This document shows positions 1-8,807 of a DNA stretch of 64,000 nt, one piece after another; position 1 is the stretch's first letter; every line of letters begins with the position of its first letter. The notes beneath the pieces were generated by a model. That model worked only from the letters and a program-made list of their open reading frames with translations. It did not search any database and was not told the DNA's origin. The DNA comes from an uncultured Actinomycetes bacterium (GTDB taxonomy: Bacteria; Actinomycetota; Thermoleophilia; Solirubrobacterales; 70-9): the NCBI GenBank assembly GCA_963739355.1, contig CAVUAD010000001.1:303776-367775 (forward strand), written 5' to 3'. The position numbers were made by a program, and so were the translations under genes.

Positions 1-2
1 TC

Positions 3-203
3 GCCGACTGCGCCCTGTCCGTCAACCCGTTCGACATCCAGGAGCAGGCGAGCACGATGTACCGCGCGCTGACGATGAGCCCCGAGGAGCGGGCGGTGCG
101 GGCCGAGCGCCTGCGCGAGATCGTCCGCGCCCGCGACCCCGGCGTCTGGATCGCCGAGCAGCTCGCCGACGTCCGCGCCAGGCGCCGCGTCCTGCAGGCG
201 TAG
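3..203 (+). CDS. otsA: 3' end of a GT20 trehalose-6-phosphate synthase-like gene (5' part lies outside the window)
   Basis: The frame reads ADCALSVNPFDIQEQASTMYRALTMSPEERAVRAERLREIV...*, resembling the conserved OtsA C-terminus (NPyD...AL.M...ER). Stop TAG at 201-203. Confidence 0.55.
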   Translation, partial: ADCALSVNPFDIQEQASTMYRALTMSPEERAVRAERLREIVRARDPGVWIAEQLADVRARRRVLQA

Positions 204-233
204 GCGGCTCTCGAACAACAACAGCGGCCGGGC

Positions 234-1784
234 CTAGGCTCCCTTCACGGCCTTCTTCATCACCGCCGACCTGCCGGCGCCGTAGGGGTAGCCGTCCTGG
301 TGGGGGACCACCGCGCGGAACCTGTAGACGCGGCGGCCCGTGGTGGCGTGGAAGCGGTACGTGCCGCGGAAGACCCCGCCCGCGCCCGTCCGGCCTCCCG
401 TCACCGTCACCCAGTGCCCCTCCGCGCGGGCCTCGACCCGCACGAGGCGGCCGGCGGCGTAGGGCGCCGGCAGTAGCGCGATGAACCGCGCGCGATCGCC
501 CGTGTGGAGCGTCCCGTGCGGGCGGATCGCGAGCTGCGGCCGGGCGCGGAAGCGCAGGGTCTCGAAGCGCTCCAGCGCGCCGGAGGAGCCCGGCCAGTAG
601 GCGATGCGAAGACGCATGGCCGGGCTCCGGTGGATGCGCACCGAGAAGCGCCCCGTTCGGTCGGTGGTGGGCTTCGCGAGCACGCGCTCGCGAGCCCCGG
701 GCACCCGCGCCGTGGCCGCGACGCAGACCCGGGCGCCCTGGACCGGCTGGCCCACGGAGTCGACGAGTCGGCCGTTCACCCGGGGGCGCTCGCCGTGGCG
801 GGCCGTCGATCCATGCTCGACGCCGGTCACGTGGGCGCTGAGGCGAACGCCGGTGGCAACGGGGGAGATCGGGCAGAGGTTGTCCACTCGGACGCGCCGC
901 TGGACGCAGCGCGCGTTCGCGCGGCCGCGGGCCGCGTAGTCCTGGGCGCAGACCCGAACGGTGTTGACGCCCTGCCGGAACGGGTGCGTGGTGGTGTTCG
1001 CCCGAAGGTGCGCCAGATAGCTCGGCGGGCAGGGAACCACCCGAAGCGCGACGCGGTGGGAGAGCGAGCAGGGAGAGGCCGCGACTCCGGCCGGCCGGCC
1101 GTTCACATCGGCGCTGACCTTCTGGACGCCGCCGCCGACGTCGCCCGCGGCCGCCTCGATCCGGCGCACGTCGCGAACCACGTCGCCCTGGACGAGCGAG
1201 CCGCCGAAGCTGATCGACGGCGCCCTCGTGTCGTCCAGGCGCAGTCGCACCCGCGCGACGCGCAGACGCGCGCGGCGCGCCGGGCCGCAGCGCGGGACTC
1301 GGGTGCACTCGAGCCGGGCGACGAGCGCTCCGGCGCGGCCCTGCGCCGACATCTTGCGCGGCAGGCCGTCCGGGACGCCCAGCGTGTGGAGAGCGCCCGC
1401 CGTGCGCAGCAGGAGCTCCGGGACGAGGCCACCGGCGGAGCGACCGCCCGCCTGGGCGCTCGCGGCGACGATGTGGGTGCCGGCCGGCGCCGCGAACGTC
1501 CACCTGCCGAAGCGCTTCGCCAGGGTGGGAGAGGGCCGGTGAGCGACCGTGATCCCCCCTCCGCCCCGCGTACACCGCGCCCGGGCAACGAAGTCCTTCG
1601 AGGTCTGCGCGTAGGCGGCGTCCTCGTGGCCGACGCCGAGCTCGGGATGGCACTCCACCGCGATGTAGGACCCGGCGGCGGCGCGCTCGGCGCCCAGGCT
1701 CGAGAGCAGGCCAAACGCCAGCAGAGTGGCTGCCACGAAGAGCGCGGCGCGGGTCCTGGAGCTGCGGTTGAGGGGGTGGTTCAT
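234..1784 (-). CDS. Secreted hypothetical protein with a carboxypeptidase-regulatory-like beta-sandwich segment
   Basis: ATG at 1784 is preceded by GAGGAAG. The N-terminal signal peptide is MNHPLNRSSRTRAALFVAATLLAFGLLSSLGA. The segment NGRLVDSVGQPVQGARVCV...TDRTGRFSV resembles CarboxypepD_reg. The longer 786-aa ORF in the track is an upstream read-through artefact. Confidence 0.6.
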   Translation of the reverse strand: MNHPLNRSSRTRAALFVAATLLAFGLLSSLGAERAAAGSYIAVECHPELGVGHEDAAYAQTSKDFVARARCTRGGGGITVAHRPSPTLAKRFGRWTFAAPAGTHIVAASAQAGGRSAGGLVPELLLRTAGALHTLGVPDGLPRKMSAQGRAGALVARLECTRVPRCGPARRARLRVARVRLRLDDTRAPSISFGGSLVQGDVVRDVRRIEAAAGDVGGGVQKVSADVNGRPAGVAASPCSLSHRVALRVVPCPPSYLAHLRANTTTHPFRQGVNTVRVCAQDYAARGRANARCVQRRVRVDNLCPISPVATGVRLSAHVTGVEHGSTARHGERPRVNGRLVDSVGQPVQGARVCVAATARVPGARERVLAKPTTDRTGRFSVRIHRSPAMRLRIAYWPGSSGALERFETLRFRARPQLAIRPHGTLHTGDRARFIALLPAPYAAGRLVRVEARAEGHWVTVTGGRTGAGGVFRGTYRFHATTGRRVYRFRAVVPHQDGYPYGAGRSAVMKKAVKGA

Positions 1785-1795
1785 GCGTCTTCCTC

Positions 1796-2341
1796 TCAGT
1801 GCTCGAATCCGAACTCGGGCGGGCCGGGTGAGCCCCCGGCGCCGGCGGAGCCGGACTCGGCGGCGGCGGGGGCAGGCGGCGGGGCGGGCGAAGGCGGTGG
1901 CGAAGCGGGCGCCGGCGGCGAGGCTGCGGCGACCGGGGGCGCCGCCGCGACCACGGGCGGCGCCGGCACGGGTGAGGCGCCGGCGACGGCCCGCGGCTCT
2001 GCGTCTGTGGGCGCCCGTCGCGGCATCGGGGCGTGCCGCGGGCGGGCGTGAGCGCCGTGGCGCTGCGGCTGCTCGTGGTGTCGCCGCGCTGCCGCCGGCT
2101 CGGCCTGGTTTGCCTTCTGCGACGGCCCGTGGCGATGCCGGGGCCTGCGGCTCGCCGACGTCGGCGGAGGGCCTGCGGCCGGCCTCGCCAGACCCACCTC
2201 GCGGGCCAGTGGCGGCGGCTTGGGCCCGCTCAACAGCCCGGGAGCCAGCACCGCGCTCACGAGGAGCGCCGCGCCGACCGCCGCGCCGCGGGCGACGAGT
2301 GGCCACCGGATCGAGCGTCCGCGCATCATCATGCGGTTCAA
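1796..2341 (-). CDS. Putative membrane-anchored Pro/Ala-rich protein
   Basis: 181-codon ORF with an N-terminal hydrophobic anchor (WPLVARGAAVGAALLVSAVLAPGLL) followed by a P/A-rich low-complexity tail. G/C third positions are almost uniform. Its TGA is followed by the GAGGAAG SD of the next gene 11 nt downstream. Confidence 0.4.
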   Translation of the reverse strand: MNRMMMRGRSIRWPLVARGAAVGAALLVSAVLAPGLLSGPKPPPLAREVGLARPAAGPPPTSASRRPRHRHGPSQKANQAEPAAARRHHEQPQRHGAHARPRHAPMPRRAPTDAEPRAVAGASPVPAPPVVAAAPPVAAASPPAPASPPPSPAPPPAPAAAESGSAGAGGSPGPPEFGFEH

Positions 2342-2400
2342 GCCACGCGGCGCCCCGCGCGCCCCCCGGAGCGCCGCTGCGATACTTCGGTGCGACCGCC

Positions 2401-3546
2401 ATGGATGGGAGTCGACGTTTGCGAGTGCTGATCCTCGGTGCGGGGTTTGGCGGCCTGGAGGTCTCGACCCGACTCTCCGAGGAGCTCGGCGACGGAGTGG
2501 ACGTCGTCCTCATCGACCAGACGGACTCGTTCGTCTTCGGCTTCGCGAAGCTCGACGTGATGTTCGGCCGCCGCACCGAGGATGCGGTTCGCAATCGCTA
2601 CGCGGACATCGTCAAGCCGGGAGTGCGATTCGTCCAGGCGTCGATCACGTCCATCGACCCGGTCGCCAGGCGGGTGGAGACGGATGCCGGCTCATTCGAG
2701 GGCGACGCGATGATCGTCGCGCTCGGGGCCGACCTCGACGTCGGGCACACGCCCGGGTTCGCCGAGGGCGGACACGAGTTCTACACGGAGCGTGGCGCTT
2801 TCGACCTGCGCGAGACCATCGATTCGTTCCCCGGGGGACGCGTGGTAATCGGCGTCATGACGACGCCCTTCAAGTGCCCTCCCGCGCCCAGCGAGACCGC
2901 GCTCCTGATGGACGAGCACCTCACCCGGCGCGGGATCCGCGACGGCTCGGAGATCGTCCTGGCGATGCCGTTCGGCAGGCCCATCCCGCCGTCCCCTGAT
3001 GCGTCTGACGTGCTGGTGGGCGCGTTCGCCGAGCGGGGCATCGACTGGCGCCCGCAGTCGCAGATCCGCGAGCTGGACCCCGCGGCGCGCGAGGTCGTCC
3101 TGGCCGACGAGAGACGTATCCCCTACGACCTCTTCCTCGGCGTCCCGCACCATCGCGCGCCCGACGTGGTCCGCGACTCGGGATTGGCGCCCGAGCGCTG
3201 GGTCCCGGTGGACCCGTTGACGCTCGAGACGTCGTTCCAGGACGTCTACGCCGTGGGCGACGTGGCCGACGTGGGGACGCCGCGGGCGGGCGTCTTCGCC
3301 GAGGGACAGGCGAAGGTGGTGGCCGACCGGCTCGTGGCCCGGGCACGGGGCGTTTCGACCGAGTCGACCTACGGGGGACGCGGCGTCTGCTACCTGGAGT
3401 TCGGAAAGGGCGAGGTTGCGCTGGTCGACGTCACCTTCTTCGGAGACGTGAAGAGGGGGGAGCTTCGCGGGCCGTCCGCCGAGTTCGCCGCCGAGAAGGT
3501 CGCGTTCGGATCGAGCCGTGTGGCGCGGTGGTTCGCCGGGTCGTAG
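2401..3546 (+). CDS. FAD-dependent pyridine nucleotide-disulfide oxidoreductase (sulfide:quinone oxidoreductase / NDH-2-like)
   Basis: Starts MDGSRRLRVLILGAGFGGLEV (GxGxxG Rossmann motif) and has a second dinucleotide motif, YAVGDVADV, near the C-terminus. The upstream part of the 606-aa track ORF is Arg/Pro junk. Confidence 0.8.
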   Translation: MDGSRRLRVLILGAGFGGLEVSTRLSEELGDGVDVVLIDQTDSFVFGFAKLDVMFGRRTEDAVRNRYADIVKPGVRFVQASITSIDPVARRVETDAGSFEGDAMIVALGADLDVGHTPGFAEGGHEFYTERGAFDLRETIDSFPGGRVVIGVMTTPFKCPPAPSETALLMDEHLTRRGIRDGSEIVLAMPFGRPIPPSPDASDVLVGAFAERGIDWRPQSQIRELDPAAREVVLADERRIPYDLFLGVPHHRAPDVVRDSGLAPERWVPVDPLTLETSFQDVYAVGDVADVGTPRAGVFAEGQAKVVADRLVARARGVSTESTYGGRGVCYLEFGKGEVALVDVTFFGDVKRGELRGPSAEFAAEKVAFGSSRVARWFAGS

Positions 3547-3586
3547 GGGGCTTGCCGAAAACGCCCCGCTATAGTCGTCCGCCGCT

Positions 3587-4222
3587 TTGACGACCTCAGC
3601 ACCCACCGAATACGAGCTGGTGCTCATGCTCGACCCCGAGGCCTCGGACGAGGCCCGTGACCGCATCGTCGCGGAGGCGCGCGGCCGCATCGAGGCGGCC
3701 GGCTCGGTCAAGCAGGACAACGCCTGGGGCGTCCGCAAGATGGCCTACGAGATCAAGCAGCGAAACGAGGCCGACTACCGCTTCTTCCGCTTCCAGGGCG
3801 AGACCACGGTGCTCGAGTCCCTCGACCACGACCTGAAGATCACCGACGGCGTCCTGCGCTTCCGCATCTTCAAGGTCGACGCTCGCTCCCCGGTGATCAT
3901 CCCTCCGGCTCCGGCCCCCGGCGGCACGTCCGAGCGCCCGCGCCACGAGGACGAGGGCGCACCGGCCGCCCCCGCTCCCGCCGCGGAGGCCCCCGCTCCC
4001 GCGGAAGCTCCCGCGGCGGAGGCACCCGGTCCCGCCGAGGCACCTGCCCCTCCAGAGGCCGCTCCGGCAGAGGCACCCGCCCCCACCGAGACCCCGGCCC
4101 CCGAGACCCCGGCCCCCGAGGCCCCCGCACCGGAGGCTCCTCCGGAGGAGCCCGCCGCGGCACCCGCCGAGCCGGCGCCCGCGGAGGCCGAGCCGGCCGA
4201 CGGCGGCGACTCGCCCGCCTGA
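3587..4222 (+). CDS. rpsF: 30S ribosomal protein S6 with a long Pro/Ala/Glu-rich C-terminal tail
   Basis: YELVLMLDPEASDE...AWGVRKMAYEIKQRNEADYRFFRFQG...LRFRIFKVD is a typical S6 core. TTG start at 3587. A possible -10 element TATAGT lies at 3570-3575. Confidence 0.9.
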   Translation: MTTSAPTEYELVLMLDPEASDEARDRIVAEARGRIEAAGSVKQDNAWGVRKMAYEIKQRNEADYRFFRFQGETTVLESLDHDLKITDGVLRFRIFKVDARSPVIIPPAPAPGGTSERPRHEDEGAPAAPAPAAEAPAPAEAPAAEAPGPAEAPAPPEAAPAEAPAPTETPAPETPAPEAPAPEAPPEEPAAAPAEPAPAEAEPADGGDSPA

Positions 4223-4255
4223 TCCTTCCCTCGCGACCCCGCTAATTACGGATTT

Positions 4256-4280
4256 CCTCTCCCGTCAGGGGGAGAGAAGG
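4256..4280 (+). terminator. Candidate stem-loop after rpsF (CCTCTCCC-GTCA-GGGGGAGAG), possible attenuator or terminator
   Basis: Inverted repeat read directly from the sequence. There is no U-tract, so function is uncertain. Confidence 0.25.
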
Positions 4281-4337
4281 CGCCGCGACCCTGCTTAGAC
4301 TGGATGGCGTAGCAAGCACGATGAAAGGAAGAGCCGC

Positions 4338-4802
4338 ATGGCCGCAAGCAACATCAACCGAGTGACGATCACAGGGAACCTCACGCGGGACCCCGAGCTC
4401 CGGAGCCTCCAGAGCGGAACTCCTGTCTGCAAGCTTCGGGTGGCGGTCAACAGCCGGCGCAAGGACCAGAGCGGCCAGTGGGTCGACAAGCCCAACTACT
4501 TCGACGTCACCGTCTGGGGCGCCCAGGGCGAGAGCTGTGCGACCTACCTGAGCAAGGGTCGCCCGGTCGCGATCGACGGTCGCCTCGACTGGCGCGAGTG
4601 GGAGAGCCAGGATGGCGGCAAGCGCCAAGCGGTCGAGATCATCGCCGACACGGTGCAGTTCCTCGGCAGCCGCGACGGCGGCGGGTCGCAGGAGAGCAAC
4701 AGCACCTTCACGCCGCAGTCAGACGTCCCCGCCGACACCTCGGACTTCTCGAGCCCCGAGCCCGCCGGCGTCGGCGCGTCCGACGACGACATCCCGTTCT
4801 AG
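4338..4802 (+). CDS. ssb: Single-stranded DNA-binding protein
   Basis: NRVTITGNLTRDPELR... OB-fold start, a Gly/Ser-rich linker and the acidic C-terminal tip DDDIPF. SD GAAAGGAAGAG lies upstream. Confidence 0.95.
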   Translation: MAASNINRVTITGNLTRDPELRSLQSGTPVCKLRVAVNSRRKDQSGQWVDKPNYFDVTVWGAQGESCATYLSKGRPVAIDGRLDWREWESQDGGKRQAVEIIADTVQFLGSRDGGGSQESNSTFTPQSDVPADTSDFSSPEPAGVGASDDDIPF

Positions 4803-4815
4803 GGCGAACTGAGAG

Positions 4816-6315
4816 CTAGGCGGCCGCGGCCGCGGGCGCGTCCGTCGGCGCTCCACGCGGGACCTCTGCGTCCGCGGCCGTGAGCGGCTTCGCGACGTTC
4901 TCGAGGCCCTTCTGCTCGGCGTCGACCGAGTAGAAGATCGCCACCACCCCGGCCGCGATCATCAGCGCCGCGCCGATCGCGAAGGCGAGCGCCGTGTCGC
5001 TTGCCTGCCCGGTGTTGACGAGCCGCGAGAACAGCTGCGGGCCGGTGATCCCGCCCACCGCGGTGCCGATCGCGTAGAAGAAGGCGATCGCCATTGCCCT
5101 GGTCTCCATCGGGAAGACCTCGCTGACGGTCAGGTACGCGGAGCTCGCCCCCGTCGAGGCGAAGAACAGCACCAGGCACCAGCAGAGCGTCATCGTCGTC
5201 GCGTTCAGCGCGCCGCCCTTGAAGAGCAGGGCGGTGACGAGCAGGAGCACGCCCGAGAGGATGTACGTGCCCGAGATCATCACCCGCCGGCCGAGGGTGT
5301 CGAACAGCCCGCCGAGGAGCAGCGGCCCGAGGAAGTTGCCGACGGCGATGACCGCGAAGTAGTAGCCCGTTTGGTCGGAGGGCGTGCCGAAGAACGTGGT
5401 CAGGATCACCGCGTAGCCGAAGGTGATCGCGTTGTAGAGGAACGCCTGCCCGACGAACAGCGAGAAGCCGAGGACGGTCCGCTTCGGGTAGCGCGTGCCG
5501 AGCGTCCGGGCGATCTCGCCGAACCCGATCGAGCGCCGCTGGCGGATCTTGATGGTCTCGTCGACGGGCTCGAGCCGCTCGCCGGTGGACTCCTCCACCT
5601 GCCGCTCGATGTCCTCGACCACCTCCTCCGCCTCCTTGTCGCGGCCGTGGATGAAGAGCCAGCGCGGGCTCTCGGGCACGTTGCGGCGCACGAGCAGGAT
5701 CACCAGCCCGAGCACGAAGCCCAGGAGGAACGAGATTCGCCAGCCGACGTCGCCGGCGAAGATCGACTCGTTCAGCGTCACCACCGACAGCAGCGAGCCC
5801 GCCATGGCGCCGATCCAGAAGCTGCCGTTGATGACGATGTCCGTTCGCCCGCGGACGCGGGCGGGGATCAGCTCGTCGATCGCGGAGTTGATCGCCGCGT
5901 ACTCGCCGCCGATGCCGAAGCCGGTCATGAACCGGCAGAAGAAGAAGAACCACGGCGCGAAGGCGAGTCCGGTGAGGCCGGCGAACGCGAGGTACACCGC
6001 GAGCGTGATCATGAAGAGCTTCTTGCGGCCGAAGCGGTCGGTCAGCCAGCCGAAGAAGAGCGCGCCGGCGCAGGCGCCCGCGACGTAGAGGGACGCGGCG
6101 AGGCCGGCGATGTCCGCGGAGGCGATGTGGATTCCCGCCCCGGGCTCCGAGAGGCGCGCGCCGACGTTGCCGACGAGGGTGACCTCGAGCCCGTCGAGGA
6201 TCCAGACGGTGCCGAGGCCGATGATGATCTTCCAGTGCCACCGCGACCAGGGAAGGCGGTCAAGGCGTGCCGGAACGCTGGTTTCGATGGTTCCGGTCTG
6301 GACGTTGTCGCTCAC
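4816..6315 (-). CDS. MFS transporter, sugar-porter-like
   Basis: 12-TM profile with DRFGRKK and VPESPRWL signature motifs. GTG start at 6315. Confidence 0.85.
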   Translation of the reverse strand: MSDNVQTGTIETSVPARLDRLPWSRWHWKIIIGLGTVWILDGLEVTLVGNVGARLSEPGAGIHIASADIAGLAASLYVAGACAGALFFGWLTDRFGRKKLFMITLAVYLAFAGLTGLAFAPWFFFFCRFMTGFGIGGEYAAINSAIDELIPARVRGRTDIVINGSFWIGAMAGSLLSVVTLNESIFAGDVGWRISFLLGFVLGLVILLVRRNVPESPRWLFIHGRDKEAEEVVEDIERQVEESTGERLEPVDETIKIRQRRSIGFGEIARTLGTRYPKRTVLGFSLFVGQAFLYNAITFGYAVILTTFFGTPSDQTGYYFAVIAVGNFLGPLLLGGLFDTLGRRVMISGTYILSGVLLLVTALLFKGGALNATTMTLCWCLVLFFASTGASSAYLTVSEVFPMETRAMAIAFFYAIGTAVGGITGPQLFSRLVNTGQASDTALAFAIGAALMIAAGVVAIFYSVDAEQKGLENVAKPLTAADAEVPRGAPTDAPAAAAA

Positions 6316-6346
6316 GGTAAGCCCCTTTCTCGGAAAGATGCTTACC
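6316..6346 (-). promoter_or_regulatory. RBS-sequestering stem-loop directly abutting the GTG start of the MFS gene
   Basis: The mRNA reads GGUAAGC-AU-CUUUC-CGA-GAAAG-GG-GCUUACC-GUG. That is 7+5 bp with a 2x2 internal loop. The only purine-rich SD-like tract (GAAAGGGG) lies inside the helix. Confidence 0.45.
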
Positions 6347-6474
6347 CAGCTGACGAAACTTCAACACAGGCCCGAAGCGGCGGTGATTCCCTAAGATGCC
6401 TGCCTCGTGCCGTCCCTTCCGGGCGGCGCGTTTAGCGAGATGAGCGTGACCACCAACACGAGGAAGGGCGGCTG

Positions 6475-6747
6475 ATGCCGCCACGCGAGCGCCCCAGCGC
6501 GGGCGGCCCGCCGCGGCGCCGCCGCGGGCCGGGGGCCGATCGCTTCCGCCCCCGCAAGTACACGCGCATCAACGTCGCCGAGATCGACTACAAGGACCTC
6601 ACCCTCCTGCGGCGCTTCATCTCGGACCGCGGCAAGGTTCGCTCGCGCCGCGTCACGGGGCTGTCGAGGCTTCACCAGCGCCAGCTGGCGCTGGCCGTCA
6701 AGCGCGCTCGAGAGATCGCGCTCCTGCCCTACGTGGGCGAGCGCTAG
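6475..6747 (+). CDS. rpsR: 30S ribosomal protein S18
   Basis: [60 protein letters not shown] lies before the ATG. Confidence 0.9.
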   Translation: MPPRERPSAGGPPRRRRGPGADRFRPRKYTRINVAEIDYKDLTLLRRFISDRGKVRSRRVTGLSRLHQRQLALAVKRAREIALLPYVGER

Positions 6748-6760
6748 GCCGGAGCCGTTC

Positions 6761-7213
6761 GTGGCGCAGGCAATCCTCCTGAAGGACGTCGAGGATCTCG
6801 GGACGGCCGGTGAGGCCGTCGACGTCTCGCCCGGCTACCTGCGCAACTACCTGGTTCCCCGCAAGCTCGCCCAGCCGGCAACCCGCGGAGCGCTCGAGGA
6901 GGCTCAGCGGCGCCTGGCGGCCGCGGAGAAGGCGGCCGAGGAGGCCGCGGCACGCGCCGGCGAGACGGCCGCCCTGCTCTCGAAGACGGTGCTCACGATC
7001 CAGCACCAGGCCGGTGAGGACGGCAAGCTCTTCGGATCCGTCACCGCCAAGGAGATCGCCGACGCGATCGCCGAGGCCCGCGGCCTGCGCGTCGAGCGCA
7101 AGAAGATCCAGCTCGAGGATCCGATCCGCTCGGTCGGCACCTTCATGGTCGACGTCGAGGTTGCCCCCGGGACGACCGCGCGCGTCAAGACCATCGTCGC
7201 CGAAGAGCGGTAA
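6761..7213 (+). CDS. rplI: 50S ribosomal protein L9
   Basis: ILLKDVEDLGTAGEAVDVSPGYLRNYLVPRKLA is the L9 N-domain. GTG start. Confidence 0.9.
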   Translation: MAQAILLKDVEDLGTAGEAVDVSPGYLRNYLVPRKLAQPATRGALEEAQRRLAAAEKAAEEAAARAGETAALLSKTVLTIQHQAGEDGKLFGSVTAKEIADAIAEARGLRVERKKIQLEDPIRSVGTFMVDVEVAPGTTARVKTIVAEER

Positions 7214-7349
7214 GTACCGCAAAAAACGACTTCACGCCAGGCGCGCGGGACGCCCGTGTGCTTTCGTCAGGCAGGAGGCCGGTGGGGCTGATTCCGCCGC
7301 CTCACAGCCTCTAATTGAGGGAGTGGAAATCCCCCTCCTCATTCGCGCG

Positions 7350-8807
7350 ATGGCCAACGTCGAGACCCAGTTGCCCCCACAGAACCTCGAGGCGGAAGCC
7401 TCGGTCCTCGGCGCGATGATGGTCTCCGAGAGCGCCATCGAGCCGGTGCTGCTCGACGTCCGCCTTCAGGAGGAGGACTTCTACCGCGCGCCCCACCAGG
7501 TCGTCTTCCGAGCGATCAAGGCCCTCGACGCTCGCGGCCAGGCGGTCGACTTCCTCACCGTCTCCGAGCAGCTGACGCAGACCGGCGAGCTCGCGGAGGC
7601 CGGCGGCCGGGACGCGATCAGCGCGCTGGGCTCGGCGACCCCGGCGCCCGGCAACGCCCGCCACTACGCCTCGATCGTCAAGCAGAACGCGCTGCTGCGG
7701 CGCCTGATGGTGACGGCGCAGACGATCGAGCGCTCCGTCCGCGACCGCGAGGGCGAGCCGCGCGAGCTCGTGGAGCGCGCCGAGGCCGCGCTGTTCAAGG
7801 TCGCGCACGAGGAGCAGGCGGAGGACTTCCACGAGCTCGGCCAGATCCTCGAGGACGAGGTCGTCCGCCTGGAGGAGATCGCGAAATCCGGCGGCGGGAT
7901 CACCGGCACCGCGTCCGGGTTTGCCGACCTCGACGCGATCACCGGCGGCTTCCAGCCCGGGAACCTGATCATCATGGCCGCCCGGCCGGGCATGGGCAAG
8001 TCGGGGCTGGTCGCCAACATCGCGGAGAACGTCGCGAAGAAGGACCACCGGCCGGTCGCCTTCTTCTCGCTCGAGATGTCGGAGATGGAGCTCGCTCAGC
8101 GCCTGATCGCGAAGAACTCGAAGATCCCGTCGGACAAGCTGCGCAAGGGCCGGGTCAACGAGCGCGACTGGAAGCGCGTTCTGCGGGCCTGCAACGACCT
8201 CGAGACCGCCCCGCTGTGGATCGACGAGTCCTCGGACCTGTCCATCCTCGACCTCCGCGGCAAGGCCCGCCGGCTGCACGCCCGCGAGATCGAGGCCGGG
8301 CGTGGCGGGCTGGCGCTGATCATCGTCGACTACATCCAGCTCATGCGTGCCGACGATCCCCGGATCAATCGCGTCGAGCAGGTCGGCCAGATGAGCCGTG
8401 GGCTGAAGCTCCTTGCACGCGACCTCAAGGTCCCCGTGATCGCCCTCTCCCAGCTCTCCCGCGCCCCGGAGCAGCGGACCGGTCGCGACAAGCGGCCGAT
8501 CCTGTCGGACCTCCGCGAGTCGGGGAACCTCGAGCAGGACGCCGACATGGTCTGCTTCATCTACCGCGAGGACTACTACGCGAACTTCGAGACCGAGGAG
8601 GAGAGCGAGGAGCGCGCCCAGGAGCGGGCCGAGCTGGAGGGCATCGCAGAGCTCATCGTGCGCAAGAACCGCAACGGGCCCACCGACACCGTGAAGCTGG
8701 CGTTCAACAGGGAGTACGCGTCCTTCGTCACCCTGGCCCGAGCGGACCGCGCCGCCGCGCCCACGGGCGAGGACGCGCCCCCGATCGTCAGCGCCGCCGA
8801 CGAGTGA
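7350..8807 (+). CDS. dnaB: Replicative DNA helicase DnaB
   Basis: PPQNLEAEASVLGAMMV N-domain, Walker A ARPGMGKSGL and Walker B LIIVDYIQLM. No intein. The ATG at 7350 is chosen; GTG at 7323 is an alternative. Confidence 0.9.
   Translation: MANVETQLPPQNLEAEASVLGAMMVSESAIEPVLLDVRLQEEDFYRAPHQVVFRAIKALDARGQAVDFLTVSEQLTQTGELAEAGGRDAISALGSATPAPGNARHYASIVKQNALLRRLMVTAQTIERSVRDREGEPRELVERAEAALFKVAHEEQAEDFHELGQILEDEVVRLEEIAKSGGGITGTASGFADLDAITGGFQPGNLIIMAARPGMGKSGLVANIAENVAKKDHRPVAFFSLEMSEMELAQRLIAKNSKIPSDKLRKGRVNERDWKRVLRACNDLETAPLWIDESSDLSILDLRGKARRLHAREIEAGRGGLALIIVDYIQLMRADDPRINRVEQVGQMSRGLKLLARDLKVPVIALSQLSRAPEQRTGRDKRPILSDLRESGNLEQDADMVCFIYREDYYANFETEEESEERAQERAELEGIAELIVRKNRNGPTDTVKLAFNREYASFVTLARADRAAAPTGEDAPPIVSAADE

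Noticed and set aside
7273-7314. A possible leader peptide upstream of dnaB: AGGAGG, 3 nt, then GTG GGG CTG ATT CCG CCG CCT CAC AGC CTC TAA (MGLIPPPHSL, a polyproline stalling motif).
   Set aside because: The SD-to-start spacing of 3 nt is too short. The ORF is only 10 codons, and nothing else (terminator/antiterminator pair, conservation) supports attenuation. It is noted only as a curiosity.
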